Below, piece after piece: positions 44,618 through 54,927 of a stretch of DNA of 64,000 nucleotides. The stretch covers positions 20,945 through 84,944 of the forward strand of contig JANXOF010000021.1 in assembly GCA_025353725.1 (NCBI GenBank), read 5' to 3'. Every line of letters starts with the position of its first letter. The stretch's first letter is position 1. The position numbers and the translations under genes are program-made. Source of the stretch: Polyangiaceae bacterium (GTDB lineage: Bacteria > Myxococcota_A > Polyangia > Polyangiales > Polyangiaceae). Under the pieces are notes generated by a model. That model searched no databases and was not told where the DNA came from. It was given only the letters and a program-made list of their open reading frames with translations.

Positions 44618-47170
44618 ATGGCCCTGACTCCCCTCCCGATTGACGCGGTTCTGCCTGACGTCCTCCGTGCCCTTACGGAGTCGCGTTCTCTGGTTCTCGA
44701 GGCGCCGCCCGGCGCCGGGAAAACCACCCGCGTTCCTCGCGCGATGCTCGACGCTGGACTTTGCACGGGCGAAATCATCGTGCTTGAACCACGTCGCCTA
44801 GCCGCGAGGCTGGCGGCTCGCCGCGTGGCCGAAGAACTCGGTGAGCGCGTGGGCGAGACCATTGGCTACACGGTTCGCTTTGAAGACGTGTCGAGTGCAA
44901 AAACGCGCGTGCGGTTCGTCACCGAGGGCGTGCTCACGCGGCGCATGCTGTCCGACCCGCACCTTCGAGGCGTGTCCGCCGTTCTTCTCGACGAGTTTCA
45001 CGAGCGACACCTTCAAGGCGATGTCGCGCTCGCGCGGCTAAAGCGAATGCAGGAAACGACGCGGCCTGATCTGCGCCTCGTCGCGATGTCGGCCACGCTC
45101 GACGCCGGGCCTGTCGCGGCTTTTCTCGGCTGCGCCGTGGTGCGATCGGAAGGCAAACGGTTCGACGTCGCGATTGAGCATCTTCCTGCCCCCGACGAGC
45201 GAAAGGTCGACCTCCAGGTGGTTTCCGCCGTCCGGACGCTCCTGCGTGACGGTCTTGACGGACATGTGCTCGTGTTCCTCCCTGGCGCAGCCGAGATACG
45301 TTGGGCCATGGAAGCGTGCGCAAGACTCGCGAGCGAACACGATCTCGCACTCGTCGCCTTGCACGGGGATCTCGCGCCCGGGGATCAAGACCGCGCGGTC
45401 GGCCCGTCGACCAAGCGGAAAGTGATTCTCTCGACGAACGTGGCGGAGTCGAGCGTGACCATCGACGGCGTGGTCGCCGTGGTCGATAGCGGCCTCGTTC
45501 GCGTAGTTCACCACGCGCCGTGGTCAGGCCTTCCGACGCTCAACGTCGACAAAACGAGCCGAGCTTCCGCCACCCAACGGACTGGGCGCGCGGGCCGAAC
45601 ACGCCCCGGTCGTGCACTTCGGCTTTTTACGAAGGCCGACTTCGACGCGAGACCCGAACACGACACGCCCGAGATTCTGCGCGCGGATCTGTCGCAAATG
45701 CTGTTGGAAATTGCCGCTTCGGGCATGCGGGCGCGTGACATCGCGTGGTTGGATTCCCCGAAGGAAGGCGCACTCACCGCCGCCGAAGAGCTCCTCGGCC
45801 GACTCGGAGCGGTGAACGTCGCGGGGGTGATTACCGAAACCGGCAAGCGCATGCTCGCCTTCCCGCTTCATCCGCGGCAGGCGCGCATGCTCGTGGAGGC
45901 AGAGCGGCGCGGCGTGGGCGAGGACGGCGCGGTGCTCGCGGCGATCGTGGGCGAGCGCGATCTGCGGGCTGGCACAAAGGCACGCTTTGACGGGTCCGGC
46001 GGGCCTTCTCGATCCCTCGACGTGCCGACGGAGACCAGCGATTTGCTCGGACTCCTCGATCGCTTCCGAGAGGCCGAAGGCTCAAACTTCGAGGGCCACG
46101 CCATTCGCGCCATCGGGCTCGACGCAAGCGCGGTCCACGCCGTTGAGCGTGCTCGCAAGCAACTCGCGCGCATCGTCCGCCAAACGCACGCCAAGACGCC
46201 CAGCACGCCAGCAGGCGTCGATGAAGCGCTGCTCATCGCCGTGCTCGCCGGCTTTCCGGACCGCGTCGCGCGTCGAAAACGTCAAGGCTCACGCGAGCTT
46301 GCGCTCGCGCAAGGCGGGACTGCAGAACTCAAGGAAACGAGCGCGGTGCGTGACGCCCCGTGGATGGTCGCCGTTGACGCCGACCTCGTACGAGGTCGCA
46401 CGATGGTGCGTGTCGCGAGCGGAATCGAGCCCACATTTCTCATCGAGCTCTTCGAAGATCGCATTCGTGAGGTCTCAGAGCTCACGTTCGATGAAGCCAA
46501 AGGGGCCGTGACCGGAGCGTCGAAGATGCTCTACGACGCTCTCGCGATCGCGGAATCGCAAGGTTTCGATAAAAACGATTCAAAGGTTGCGGACCTCCTT
46601 TTCGAGCGTGCGACCAGCCCGAGCCGCGGGGCCCGCTCGCTTATCGCAGAGGAAGCGCTTTCACGATGGCGGGTTCGCGCGCGTTTTGCGGCGTCCCAAG
46701 ACGCGTCCCTGCGTGCGCCCACGGACGCGGATGTCCTTCGCGCACTGCGCCACCTTTGCGACGGGAAGACGACGCTGCGTGAGGTCGAAAAGGCAGACCT
46801 CCTCGGCGCGCTGAAAAACGAAATGGGAGGGTTTAGAAAGCTCGAAGACCTGGCGCCTGAGCGCGTCACGCTCGCGAGCGGTCGCACCGTCACGATTGCC
46901 TATGACGAGGGCAAGGCGCCGTGGGTGGAATCGTACCTCCAGGATTTTTTCGGCACAAAGACGACGCCGCACGCAGGACGCATCCCTCTCGTGCTGCATC
47001 TGCTCGCGCCGAACAAGCGCGCCGTTCAGGTCACGACGGACTTGGCGGGTTTCTGGGAGCGTCACTACCCCGCCGTTCGACGTGAGATGATGCGTAAGTA
47101 CCCGCGCCAGGCCTGGCCGGAAGAGACAGGCATCGCCATTCCGATGAAGCCACCAAGGCCGCGACGCTGA
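44618..47170 (+). CDS. hrpB: ATP-dependent RNA helicase HrpB
   Basis: APPGAGKTT, EPRRLAAR, DEFHER, MSAT, STNVAESSVTI, QRTGRAGR, and HrpB C-terminal QVTTDLAGFW...YP...WP. Confidence 0.95.
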   Translation: MALTPLPIDAVLPDVLRALTESRSLVLEAPPGAGKTTRVPRAMLDAGLCTGEIIVLEPRRLAARLAARRVAEELGERVGETIGYTVRFEDVSSAKTRVRFVTEGVLTRRMLSDPHLRGVSAVLLDEFHERHLQGDVALARLKRMQETTRPDLRLVAMSATLDAGPVAAFLGCAVVRSEGKRFDVAIEHLPAPDERKVDLQVVSAVRTLLRDGLDGHVLVFLPGAAEIRWAMEACARLASEHDLALVALHGDLAPGDQDRAVGPSTKRKVILSTNVAESSVTIDGVVAVVDSGLVRVVHHAPWSGLPTLNVDKTSRASATQRTGRAGRTRPGRALRLFTKADFDARPEHDTPEILRADLSQMLLEIAASGMRARDIAWLDSPKEGALTAAEELLGRLGAVNVAGVITETGKRMLAFPLHPRQARMLVEAERRGVGEDGAVLAAIVGERDLRAGTKARFDGSGGPSRSLDVPTETSDLLGLLDRFREAEGSNFEGHAIRAIGLDASAVHAVERARKQLARIVRQTHAKTPSTPAGVDEALLIAVLAGFPDRVARRKRQGSRELALAQGGTAELKETSAVRDAPWMVAVDADLVRGRTMVRVASGIEPTFLIELFEDRIREVSELTFDEAKGAVTGASKMLYDALAIAESQGFDKNDSKVADLLFERATSPSRGARSLIAEEALSRWRVRARFAASQDASLRAPTDADVLRALRHLCDGKTTLREVEKADLLGALKNEMGGFRKLEDLAPERVTLASGRTVTIAYDEGKAPWVESYLQDFFGTKTTPHAGRIPLVLHLLAPNKRAVQVTTDLAGFWERHYPAVRREMMRKYPRQAWPEETGIAIPMKPPRPRR

Positions 47171-47173
47171 CCG

Positions 47174-47902
47174 CTACTCCATACCGACCCACGCAGGGTG
47201 CCGCCAAACAAGCGTCGCGATCCCGCACACCGTCACAATAACGAGCATAACCATGAATACTGCAAGCTTCTGCCTGGCGGACGGCGCCGAAGAAGGTACC
47301 ACGAGCGTCGGACTCCGCGTACGGCGAGAGGACACCGGGCGCACCGGCATCCGCATCGTCATTTTAGGGTCCATGCGACGCTGCGACGCAAAGGGCGGGA
47401 CGGGAGGCTCCGCTGGCGAAGGGCCGAGGCGTGAAACGTTGCCCGCCTGAGGTCGCGCGAACGGAACCGTCATCTTGGGCGGCGCCGAGCGAACTGTGTC
47501 GTGGCTCGCGATGATGACGGGCGCGACGTTGGGGTCCTCGAGCGGAGCGCGCGTCGGTGGAATCGTGCGCGGCCGCGCCGACGCATACGTCGCGCTCGCC
47601 TGACCTGCGGACTCGCTCACCGTCGGAACCAAGCCCCCAGAATCGCCTTCGTCACCCGCCGCTCCCCCGTGGTCGGCCGAACCCGTGGGGCCGGACTCGT
47701 CGTCCACACAATCGCCTAAAGCCGCGCGCATCGCGTCAAAGTCGACGGGCCCATCCGCACGGCCCATGTCCGGCGCGTCGCTATCGCTCTCGAGGGGACG
47801 CCGCTCTTGCAATGCGGCACATTCACGAGCGAGGCGCTCTTCGCCTTTGGGCAAGCCCGGAAGCTCGACATCGGAATTGGGGGTCCCGCGTTCCTCGTCC
47901 AT
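47174..47902 (-). CDS. Low-complexity protein with C-terminal TM anchor
   Basis: Acidic/Pro-rich disordered body, terminal LAVFMVMLVIVTVCGIATLVW helix; downstream of the kinase. Confidence 0.6.
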   Translation of the reverse strand: MDEERGTPNSDVELPGLPKGEERLARECAALQERRPLESDSDAPDMGRADGPVDFDAMRAALGDCVDDESGPTGSADHGGAAGDEGDSGGLVPTVSESAGQASATYASARPRTIPPTRAPLEDPNVAPVIIASHDTVRSAPPKMTVPFARPQAGNVSRLGPSPAEPPVPPFASQRRMDPKMTMRMPVRPVSSRRTRSPTLVVPSSAPSARQKLAVFMVMLVIVTVCGIATLVWRHPAWVGME

Positions 47903-47944
47903 CGCCTCTCGGAAGAGTACCCTGAAAGAAGAGACCGAGAAGAC

Positions 47945-49588
47945 TCACTCGAACGGAATATCTTCGGGCCGGGGCGAGACGCGCGGGGTCGAAGGTACGC
48001 CCCTCCGCACTGTTGTAAGCGCGGGTACGCCTTCCGCAGGACGAGTAGATATCGCGCTTGAATCGGCAGGCGCGGGCGACAGGTCGGCACGGGTCGACGC
48101 ACGGCTCGGTAACGCTGACGGGGCGTCTAAACGCGTGGGAACTGCGACGACAGCCGCGGCCGGAACGAGCGGCGCCAGCGGCTCCGCGCTGCCCACAGAA
48201 GCCACGGAAGACAGTGCGGGCAGCTTTTGCGCGACTGGCTCGCGATGCCTCAGGGAGTACATTCCCGCTCCGGCGATCAACACCGCGACGACGACCGCCG
48301 CGAAAACGGGAAGAAGCACACTTCGCTCATCGGGCCTCGTTCGCGACTCGCCGGAGGTCGGCCCTGTCGTACTTGTGAACCGAGGCTTTTCTTCGAGACG
48401 CTCGTGCGGGCGGACCGCGGACGAAACGCCGCTATCAGGCCGAACGACGTGAGGCAACAAGGCTGCACCTCCGCCGTGGACCGCGCCGTTGAGCGGAATT
48501 CGTCGTGTAAAGCCGGCCCCGACCCGAGCGTACTCGGGAGCAGGAGCAGCAGCAGCAGCAGCAGCAGCAGCAAACGGCGCTGCCGCGGCCTCTGCGCTCG
48601 CCTCGCCGACGGAATTCGCCTCCGATGCTCGCGCGGCGAAAGGCGAACCATCGGCCGAGATGCTCGGCGGGCTCAAGGTGAGCATATTGACGATCGTGTC
48701 CGACTTCGCGGTCGCCTCCTCTTCACGGAGCATCCGTCGCAAGTCGCGCGCAAACGAGAAGCAATCGCGGGGCCTGCCCGCAGCCTCTTTTGCGAGGGCG
48801 GACATCACGAGGCGTTCAAGCTGTGGTGATACCGACGGCGTGAACGACGACACGGGCGGCGGAAGCGACTGTGCGTGCGCGACCCCAATGGCGTAGGTGT
48901 CGGTGATTTCGTCGAAGGGTCCCCTTCCGGTAATCATCTCGTAAAGCACGATGCCGAGCGAGTAGATGTCCGTCGCGGGCCCGAGCTCACCGCCGAAGAT
49001 TTGTTCGGGCGACGCATAGCGAAGCGTCCCAATGAACTGCCCGTGCGTGTGGCTCGCTTTCCGGTCAAGCAAGCGCATGATCCCGAAATCAAGCAGTTTG
49101 GTGTTTGCAATCCCGTTTATCGTGCGATGAAGAAAGATGTTGTCGGGCTTCACATCACGATGAATGATCGCGTTGTCGTGAGCGTGGCCGAGCGCATCGA
49201 GCACGTCGATCGCGATACGAAAGCAGTGAGTCATCTCGAGCGCGCCGCGTTTGTCGATGACGGCACCAAGCGTCTGACCGTTGAGCCGTTCCATCACGTA
49301 GTACGGCGTCCGCTTACTGTCGCTCGTCAGCCCTGCCGTGACGACATCGACGATGTTTGGGTGCTGAAGCTTCGCAAGCGTTCGTGCCTCGGCCGCCATG
49401 CGCTTGGCGAGGTCGCGACGGGCCACGAGCTTCGGATGAAGCGTTTTGAGCACGTAGCGTTTGCCGACGGAGACGTCTTCCACGTCGTAAACCGAGCCCA
49501 TTCCGCCGGTCGCGATGTGCCGCACGACGCGGTACACCGTCCCGGGAATTTGCTCCCCCGGGCCAAACTGAACGCCAACCTCCCCCAT
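47945..49588 (-). CDS. Hanks-type Ser/Thr protein kinase, single TM
   Basis: IATGGMGSVY, HRDVKPDN, DFG, GTLRYASPEQ, DIYSLG. Confidence 0.95.
   Translation of the reverse strand: MGEVGVQFGPGEQIPGTVYRVVRHIATGGMGSVYDVEDVSVGKRYVLKTLHPKLVARRDLAKRMAAEARTLAKLQHPNIVDVVTAGLTSDSKRTPYYVMERLNGQTLGAVIDKRGALEMTHCFRIAIDVLDALGHAHDNAIIHRDVKPDNIFLHRTINGIANTKLLDFGIMRLLDRKASHTHGQFIGTLRYASPEQIFGGELGPATDIYSLGIVLYEMITGRGPFDEITDTYAIGVAHAQSLPPPVSSFTPSVSPQLERLVMSALAKEAAGRPRDCFSFARDLRRMLREEEATAKSDTIVNMLTLSPPSISADGSPFAARASEANSVGEASAEAAAAPFAAAAAAAAAPAPEYARVGAGFTRRIPLNGAVHGGGAALLPHVVRPDSGVSSAVRPHERLEEKPRFTSTTGPTSGESRTRPDERSVLLPVFAAVVVAVLIAGAGMYSLRHREPVAQKLPALSSVASVGSAEPLAPLVPAAAVVAVPTRLDAPSALPSRASTRADLSPAPADSSAISTRPAEGVPALTTVRRGVPSTPRVSPRPEDIPFE
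48545..48571. repeat. (AGC)9 trinucleotide microsatellite encoding poly-Ala in the kinase linker
   Basis: Nine consecutive AGC units read directly; minus strand gives GCT x9. Confidence 0.9.
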
Positions 49589-49627
49589 CTACTTACCGTT
49601 GCAGGCCCCTCACGCGTCGTCCAGCGC

Positions 49628-51565
49628 TCAGCGCGCTTTGACAGTCAGGAGCTCGCGAAGCGCGTCGGGGCCGTCGCCGAGGTTGGCCTCACACCAGCCG
49701 GCCAGGGCAAACGCGTGCCAAAGCACTTGAGGGTCGCGCCGCGCCCATTCCCGGTGGCGACCGGAGGAGAGCGCGTCGCTCGACAGAATACCGAGGCGAT
49801 TGAGACGCTCGCGATCGAACAGGCGCTCGCACGCGTGGTCGAGCGGGCCGCGCAGCCACGTCTCCACGGGAACTCCAAAACCCATCTTTTTTCGGCGCGC
49901 CAGCGTCCGACCGAAGCGTCGCTCATGCAGCTCGCGAAGCACCACTTTGCCGTTCGCGCCGAGCGTGAACCGCTGCGGAAGGCCGACCCCGTACTCGACC
50001 AAGCGGTGGTCGAGAAACGGAACCCGCGCCTCGAGGTGGTGCGCCATGCTCGCGCGGTCGACCTTCACGAGCATGTCGTTGGTGATGACGTTGGCGAGGT
50101 CCGCACGAAGCGTACGTTGAAGCTCGCTGCCCGCGCCCGCGTCGAATCGTTCCCGCGCGGCGTCGATGAAGGCGCCGACGGAAGCATCGGGCCGGCGCAT
50201 CAAGGCCTCGGTTCGCGCGAGCGGTGCCACCTGCGTAAGCTGGGCGTAAACGTCCGGGTCGCTCCCAGCGAGCCCATGCGATACCCGGCGTAGCGTACGA
50301 AGCACCTCGGTCCACCCGCGCGTGCGATCGGTCCGCGTAGGAATGCGACCAAGGGCGCGGCCGAGGGCATTTCGCATCGAGGGGAGCCCCGCAAACGGCT
50401 TGCGCAGCTGGACCACGCGATACTTTTTGTAACCCGCGAAGACCTCGTCGCCTCCGTCACCACCGAGCGCGACTTTGTATTCGCGCGCGACGTGCCGCGA
50501 GAGCAAATTCACGGCAAGGCTCGAGGAGTCACCAAACGGTTCGTCGTACGCAAGCATCGCGTCCGCCAAGCCTCCCAACGCCGCAGCCTCGTCGAGCATC
50601 GCCACCTCGATGTCGACGCCAAGGCGTGCTGCGGTCTCCCGCGCGAACGGTGACTCGTCGAACCGCGGCTCGCGGAAGCCTACCGTAAAGGCCTTCACAC
50701 GCTTTCGGGACTCTTCCGCCGCAAGCGCCGTAACGAGCGACGAATCGATACCGCCGCTCAAAAACGAAGCCACGGGGACGTCGCTTTCGAGATGCTCGCG
50801 CACGGCCCGACGAAGCAACGCCTCGACACTCGAGCACGCATCATCGAGCGTCGTGATACGCCCCGCCTCGGCGGAGGGCTCAAGAGTCCAATATGTGCGC
50901 GCGGTCCGTCGGCCGGTCGCGAGGTCGATGTCCAACCGCGAAGCCGGTGCGAGTCGCTTGACGCCCTGATAGATGGTCGAAACTTCCGGAACGTAGCTCC
51001 AGGACACCATCGCGTGCGCCGCGGCGTGGTCGATCGCGAACCGACCCGCAAACGGCGCGACTTGCCGGTTAAAACACTGCAACTCGGACGCAAAGCCAAG
51101 CGCCGTGCCCGTATCGACAACGAAGAGTGGCTTGATCCCGAAGCGGTCGCGACTCAGCACCACGCGCCTCCGTTTGCGGTCGTGAATCGCGAACGCCCAC
51201 ATCCCCGCGAGGTGTTCTTCGACGCGGTCCGGATCGCGCTCGTAGAGGCGAAGAATGACCTCGGTGTCGCTCCTCGTCCGGAACCGAATGCCTTTGCCCT
51301 CGAGCTCGGCGCGGAGCGTAGGCGCGTTGTAAATCTCGCCGTTGAAGACGAGCACGACCGAGTCGTCCTCGTTGGCCATGGGCTGATGTCCATGCACAAC
51401 GTCGACAATCGCGAGGCGGGTCATCCCGAGGGTGGCGTCCGGATGGGCGACAACGCCGCCGCCATCTGGCCCGCGATGACGGATCCGCTCGGCCATTCCG
51501 GCCACCTCCGCCGTCGTTCGAGCCAGAGGTGCATCAAGCGAGACCAGACCAACAATTCCGCACAT
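49628..51565 (-). CDS. asnB: Asparagine synthase (glutamine-hydrolysing)-family amidotransferase
   Basis: MCGI Ntn start at 51565, HRGPD, RLAIVD, FNGEIYN, DTEVI, DRFGIKPL, SGGIDSS, GDGGDEVFAGY, LEARVPFLD. Confidence 0.9.
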   Translation of the reverse strand: MCGIVGLVSLDAPLARTTAEVAGMAERIRHRGPDGGGVVAHPDATLGMTRLAIVDVVHGHQPMANEDDSVVLVFNGEIYNAPTLRAELEGKGIRFRTRSDTEVILRLYERDPDRVEEHLAGMWAFAIHDRKRRRVVLSRDRFGIKPLFVVDTGTALGFASELQCFNRQVAPFAGRFAIDHAAAHAMVSWSYVPEVSTIYQGVKRLAPASRLDIDLATGRRTARTYWTLEPSAEAGRITTLDDACSSVEALLRRAVREHLESDVPVASFLSGGIDSSLVTALAAEESRKRVKAFTVGFREPRFDESPFARETAARLGVDIEVAMLDEAAALGGLADAMLAYDEPFGDSSSLAVNLLSRHVAREYKVALGGDGGDEVFAGYKKYRVVQLRKPFAGLPSMRNALGRALGRIPTRTDRTRGWTEVLRTLRRVSHGLAGSDPDVYAQLTQVAPLARTEALMRRPDASVGAFIDAARERFDAGAGSELQRTLRADLANVITNDMLVKVDRASMAHHLEARVPFLDHRLVEYGVGLPQRFTLGANGKVVLRELHERRFGRTLARRKKMGFGVPVETWLRGPLDHACERLFDRERLNRLGILSSDALSSGRHREWARRDPQVLWHAFALAGWCEANLGDGPDALRELLTVKAR

Positions 51566-51760
51566 CTCCATGGGGGCTATAGCATTTGCGTCGCGTCAGC
51601 CGCAGCAGGCGGTACCGCCCGCGAGAAAACACCTCCGTTCGAGGCAAGCGCGCCCCGCCCCTGCACAGCGAACCAGAGGTTGCATCGGTGGAAGATTGGT
51701 GAGAGCAGTAGGTCTTCGTCAGCGGCGAAGCCGCTGGGCTCTGTAAACGCTGAGAGAAAA

Positions 51761-52510
51761 ATGACTATCTACGAGCAGTTCAAGCGCGAGTGCGCGGACG
51801 AAATCAAGACTCAGGGTGCCGACCCGCTACTCGCGAGCGCCTCGCGGAGCTGGATAAACCTGGTCAACGCGAAGAAGTACTCGTACCACTTTGAGTGGCT
51901 TGGCCGGCCGGTCGTCCAGTACCCGCAAGACCTGATGGCGATGCAGGAGATCGTCTGGGCAGTTCAGCCAGACCTCATTATCGAGACCGGCATCGCTCAC
52001 GGCGGGTCGCTTATTTTCTTCGCCTCAATGCTCGAGCTCAACGCCGCGTGCGGCGGCCCGAGCGGGGCCTCCGTCCTTGGCATCGACATCGATATTCGCG
52101 CGCACAACCGAGCCGCGGTCGAAGCGCATCCTCTCTCCAAGCGTGTGGAGATGATCCAGGGGTCAAGTATCAGCGCCAACGTTGTTGAAAAGGTTAGGCA
52201 GAAGGCTCTTGGCGCGTCTCGTGTCCTTGTGTCACTCGATAGCAACCATACGCATGACCACGTTCTCGCCGAGCTCGAGGCTTACGCTCCACTCGTGACC
52301 CCAGGGAGCTACTGCGTCGTCTTCGACACGGTCATCGAAGACATGCCCGCTGAGATGTTCGGCGATCGTCCGTGGGGCCCTGGAAACAATCCAAAGACGG
52401 CGGCACGAAAATACCTCGAGACGCATCCCGAGTTTGAAGTCGATAAAAGCATCGACCACAAATTACTCGTGAGCGTCGCTCCCGACGGTTACCTTCGCCG
52501 TATCAAGTAA
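51761..52510 (+). CDS. CmcI/cephalosporin-hydroxylase-family (rhamnosyl O-)methyltransferase
   Basis: True start ATG 51761; YSYHFEWLGRPVVQYPQDL, IIETGIAHGGSL, LDSNHTHDHVLAEL. Confidence 0.9.
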   Translation: MTIYEQFKRECADEIKTQGADPLLASASRSWINLVNAKKYSYHFEWLGRPVVQYPQDLMAMQEIVWAVQPDLIIETGIAHGGSLIFFASMLELNAACGGPSGASVLGIDIDIRAHNRAAVEAHPLSKRVEMIQGSSISANVVEKVRQKALGASRVLVSLDSNHTHDHVLAELEAYAPLVTPGSYCVVFDTVIEDMPAEMFGDRPWGPGNNPKTAARKYLETHPEFEVDKSIDHKLLVSVAPDGYLRRIK

Positions 52511-52516
52511 CGCCGT

Positions 52517-53563
52517 ATGCTTACTGCAGTCCTGCACACTCGCAATCGGCCAGAATTTCTCGAACGCGCCCTGACCTACTACACGGGCAAGTTTCGACAC
52601 CCAATCCTCGTGATGGATGGGAGCGACGAGCCTCAATTCGCGCGCACAAAACAACTCCTTAGCGGACTCAAGCTCAGCTTTCCTTTCGAGCTGGTGCACC
52701 ACGCGCCGAGTACGCCGTTCTACGAGCGGCTATCTGACGCGCTCAGGCGAATGACAACGCCGTACGTGATGCTGATGGCAGACGACGACTTTTACTTCGA
52801 GTCCTGGCCGGACAAAGCTCTCGACTACCTAGAACGCAACAGTTCGTGTGGAGTTGTTTACGGCCATACAGTCAAGTTCGAGGTTGAAGGCTATCGACCC
52901 TACGGTGATGCCTCAAAGTTCGAGCTAAGCGTGCCAACGAACCCCGTGGCAAGGTGGCTGGAGCACCCGACGGCCGTGGAGAGGCTGAATGAATTGGGTA
53001 AGAGCCCATGGAACACGCATGGCTGGTACGCCGTTCAAAGAGTTGAGATCTTTCAAGAGTTTATCTCGACGGCATTGTCCGAAAATTTAGATATTGACAT
53101 GGGCGAACGACTGCTCAGCATCCTACAGCCGATTCGCGGCACAATCGCGATGCTGGACACTGTCTATCTCGCACGACAGTTCGACGCACGGCTCGATCGA
53201 AAGCCATCTGCCTTTGACGCTGAAGCGCTTGAAAAGCTGGAGCGAATTTCTATCGACGCACTCAGGTCGGTGAGCACACTTGACTACCGCACTGCCCGGC
53301 AAGTCGTGCAAGACTGCATGAGACCGGAGGTTCGCCAACTTGAAGCCAACGAAAGACGCGCTAAGTTGCGAATTGATTCTATCAAAAACCTTCCGGTCAT
53401 TCGCCAAGCGGCTCGGACCGTGAAGACGCTCCTGAATCGAGTGGGCAGCGCGGGTGAGTCTAGTGCGGAGATACGGGACCCGAGGTTTCCGCGACTTCCC
53501 TCCCTTGAAGAAGCGTCCAGCGAAATACGCACGGTGAAAAAATACTGCGTCAGTCCTAGGTAA
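52517..53563 (+). CDS. GT2 glycosyltransferase (TIGR00180-like)
   Basis: TRNRPEFLERALTYY, VMDGS, TPYVMLMADDDF (DxD). Confidence 0.75.
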   Translation: MLTAVLHTRNRPEFLERALTYYTGKFRHPILVMDGSDEPQFARTKQLLSGLKLSFPFELVHHAPSTPFYERLSDALRRMTTPYVMLMADDDFYFESWPDKALDYLERNSSCGVVYGHTVKFEVEGYRPYGDASKFELSVPTNPVARWLEHPTAVERLNELGKSPWNTHGWYAVQRVEIFQEFISTALSENLDIDMGERLLSILQPIRGTIAMLDTVYLARQFDARLDRKPSAFDAEALEKLERISIDALRSVSTLDYRTARQVVQDCMRPEVRQLEANERRAKLRIDSIKNLPVIRQAARTVKTLLNRVGSAGESSAEIRDPRFPRLPSLEEASSEIRTVKKYCVSPR

Positions 53564-53661
53564 AAGCGATACGGACTCCGATAAGATCTCCAGCGTTCCG
53601 CGGCCGATGCCGCGATGCCTCGTTTCCGCGATGCCTCATTGCCTCGACAGGAAAACCGTGC

Positions 53662-54927
53662 CTACGCGCGCATCTCGACGGACTTCGGCGCCCGCCCCCG
53701 GAAGAGCTTTTCATACGCGCCGCGTTCGTGCTCATCGAGCCTGGCAGGATCGAGGAGCTCGAACGCACGTTCGCGTAATGCACGCCCCAAAGTCTTTGCG
53801 TACTCAGGATCAGAGATGAGCCGAGCAACTGAAGTTGCCATCGCAGAGAGCGACCGACTGGGGACAAGTTCTCCCGTTACGCCGTGCACAATAAGTTCGC
53901 CCTGCCAATCTAGGTCGTAAGCGACGACGGGAGCGGCGCCAAACGCAGCTTCCGTAAGCGCCCGACCCGTCAAGGGTGAAACGACCACGGTTGCTTGCGG
54001 TATGAGGCGGGATAACCACTCCTGGTCACGATTGCCACAGAATGCGACGTGCTGCTCTACGCCGAGCTCCTGCGCGAGTCGCACGAGTGCATCTCGCTGC
54101 TGTCCGTCACCGACGAGCAGTGCTTTCACGTCATGCCCTTGACGCCGAACCTCGGCGAGCACCCGAATTACATCGTCAACTAACTTAACGGTTTCAAGCC
54201 TGCCAATATGGAGGAGAAATCGATAGGGCTCCGGCCAAAACTCATCAAGCAACGCCGTGCTAGGGGCACGGGAGTCGGGCGCTAGAATGTGCCGCTTATC
54301 GATGAGATTGCCATAGCGAAAAATAGTCGAACGCTCGAGGCGCGCACCGTTTGAAATCGCGAACTCGAGATTATCCTGATTCACCGCCGCGACCAAGTCG
54401 GCGCGAGACAACACGAAACGAAGTACCGCCTTTTCTGCCGGTATCGAGCGGAAAAACCTAGGCATTTGTGGTCGCCCGGTCGAAGCGTAGATCTTATCGT
54501 AATTCGCATTGACGCGCACGACGAGTGGTACCCCGCAAGTCCTTGCGACGGTCAAACCTAGCAGACCATTGTACAAAGGATCGCCAACCCGAATCGCGCT
54601 TACGCCTTCCCTGCGGACGAGAGCCACCAACCTGCTGACGATATCCGCCTGGCTTGCGGCGAAATTTAGGAGAGGCAGCCGGCCTAGTGCCTGGAACCTA
54701 CCGACTTTTCCATCGATGAATGTATGAGCATCCGACAACCGGTGGAACTCTGGCTCACCGAACGGCGCCGTTGCGCCTTCGCCGACCAACGACGCGAATG
54801 GATGGACCGACCACACGTGCTCGAAATACCCGCCTAAGTCCCGACAGGTGACCGACTCCTGGAGCTTCCTGGACACGACCGCCTCGAACCCGTACGACGA
54901 GTCGACCACCAAGAGCTTGCGCGCCAC
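53662..54927 (-). CDS. GT4-family glycosyltransferase
   Basis: IGRLETVK, LVGDG, EAAFGAAPVVA, GELIVHGVTGELV GT-B motifs. Confidence 0.85.
   Translation of the reverse strand: MARKLLVVDSSYGFEAVVSRKLQESVTCRDLGGYFEHVWSVHPFASLVGEGATAPFGEPEFHRLSDAHTFIDGKVGRFQALGRLPLLNFAASQADIVSRLVALVRREGVSAIRVGDPLYNGLLGLTVARTCGVPLVVRVNANYDKIYASTGRPQMPRFFRSIPAEKAVLRFVLSRADLVAAVNQDNLEFAISNGARLERSTIFRYGNLIDKRHILAPDSRAPSTALLDEFWPEPYRFLLHIGRLETVKLVDDVIRVLAEVRRQGHDVKALLVGDGQQRDALVRLAQELGVEQHVAFCGNRDQEWLSRLIPQATVVVSPLTGRALTEAAFGAAPVVAYDLDWQGELIVHGVTGELVPSRSLSAMATSVARLISDPEYAKTLGRALRERAFELLDPARLDEHERGAYEKLFRGRAPKSVEMRA

Noticed and set aside
49628-51565. asnB-like gene as a lasso peptide cyclase
   Set aside because: Intact N-terminal Cys glutaminase domain; no lasso B proteins or precursor nearby.
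50792-51760. N-terminal extension of the CmcI ORF (572 aa in track)
   Set aside because: Antisense to asnB; homology starts at ATG 51761.
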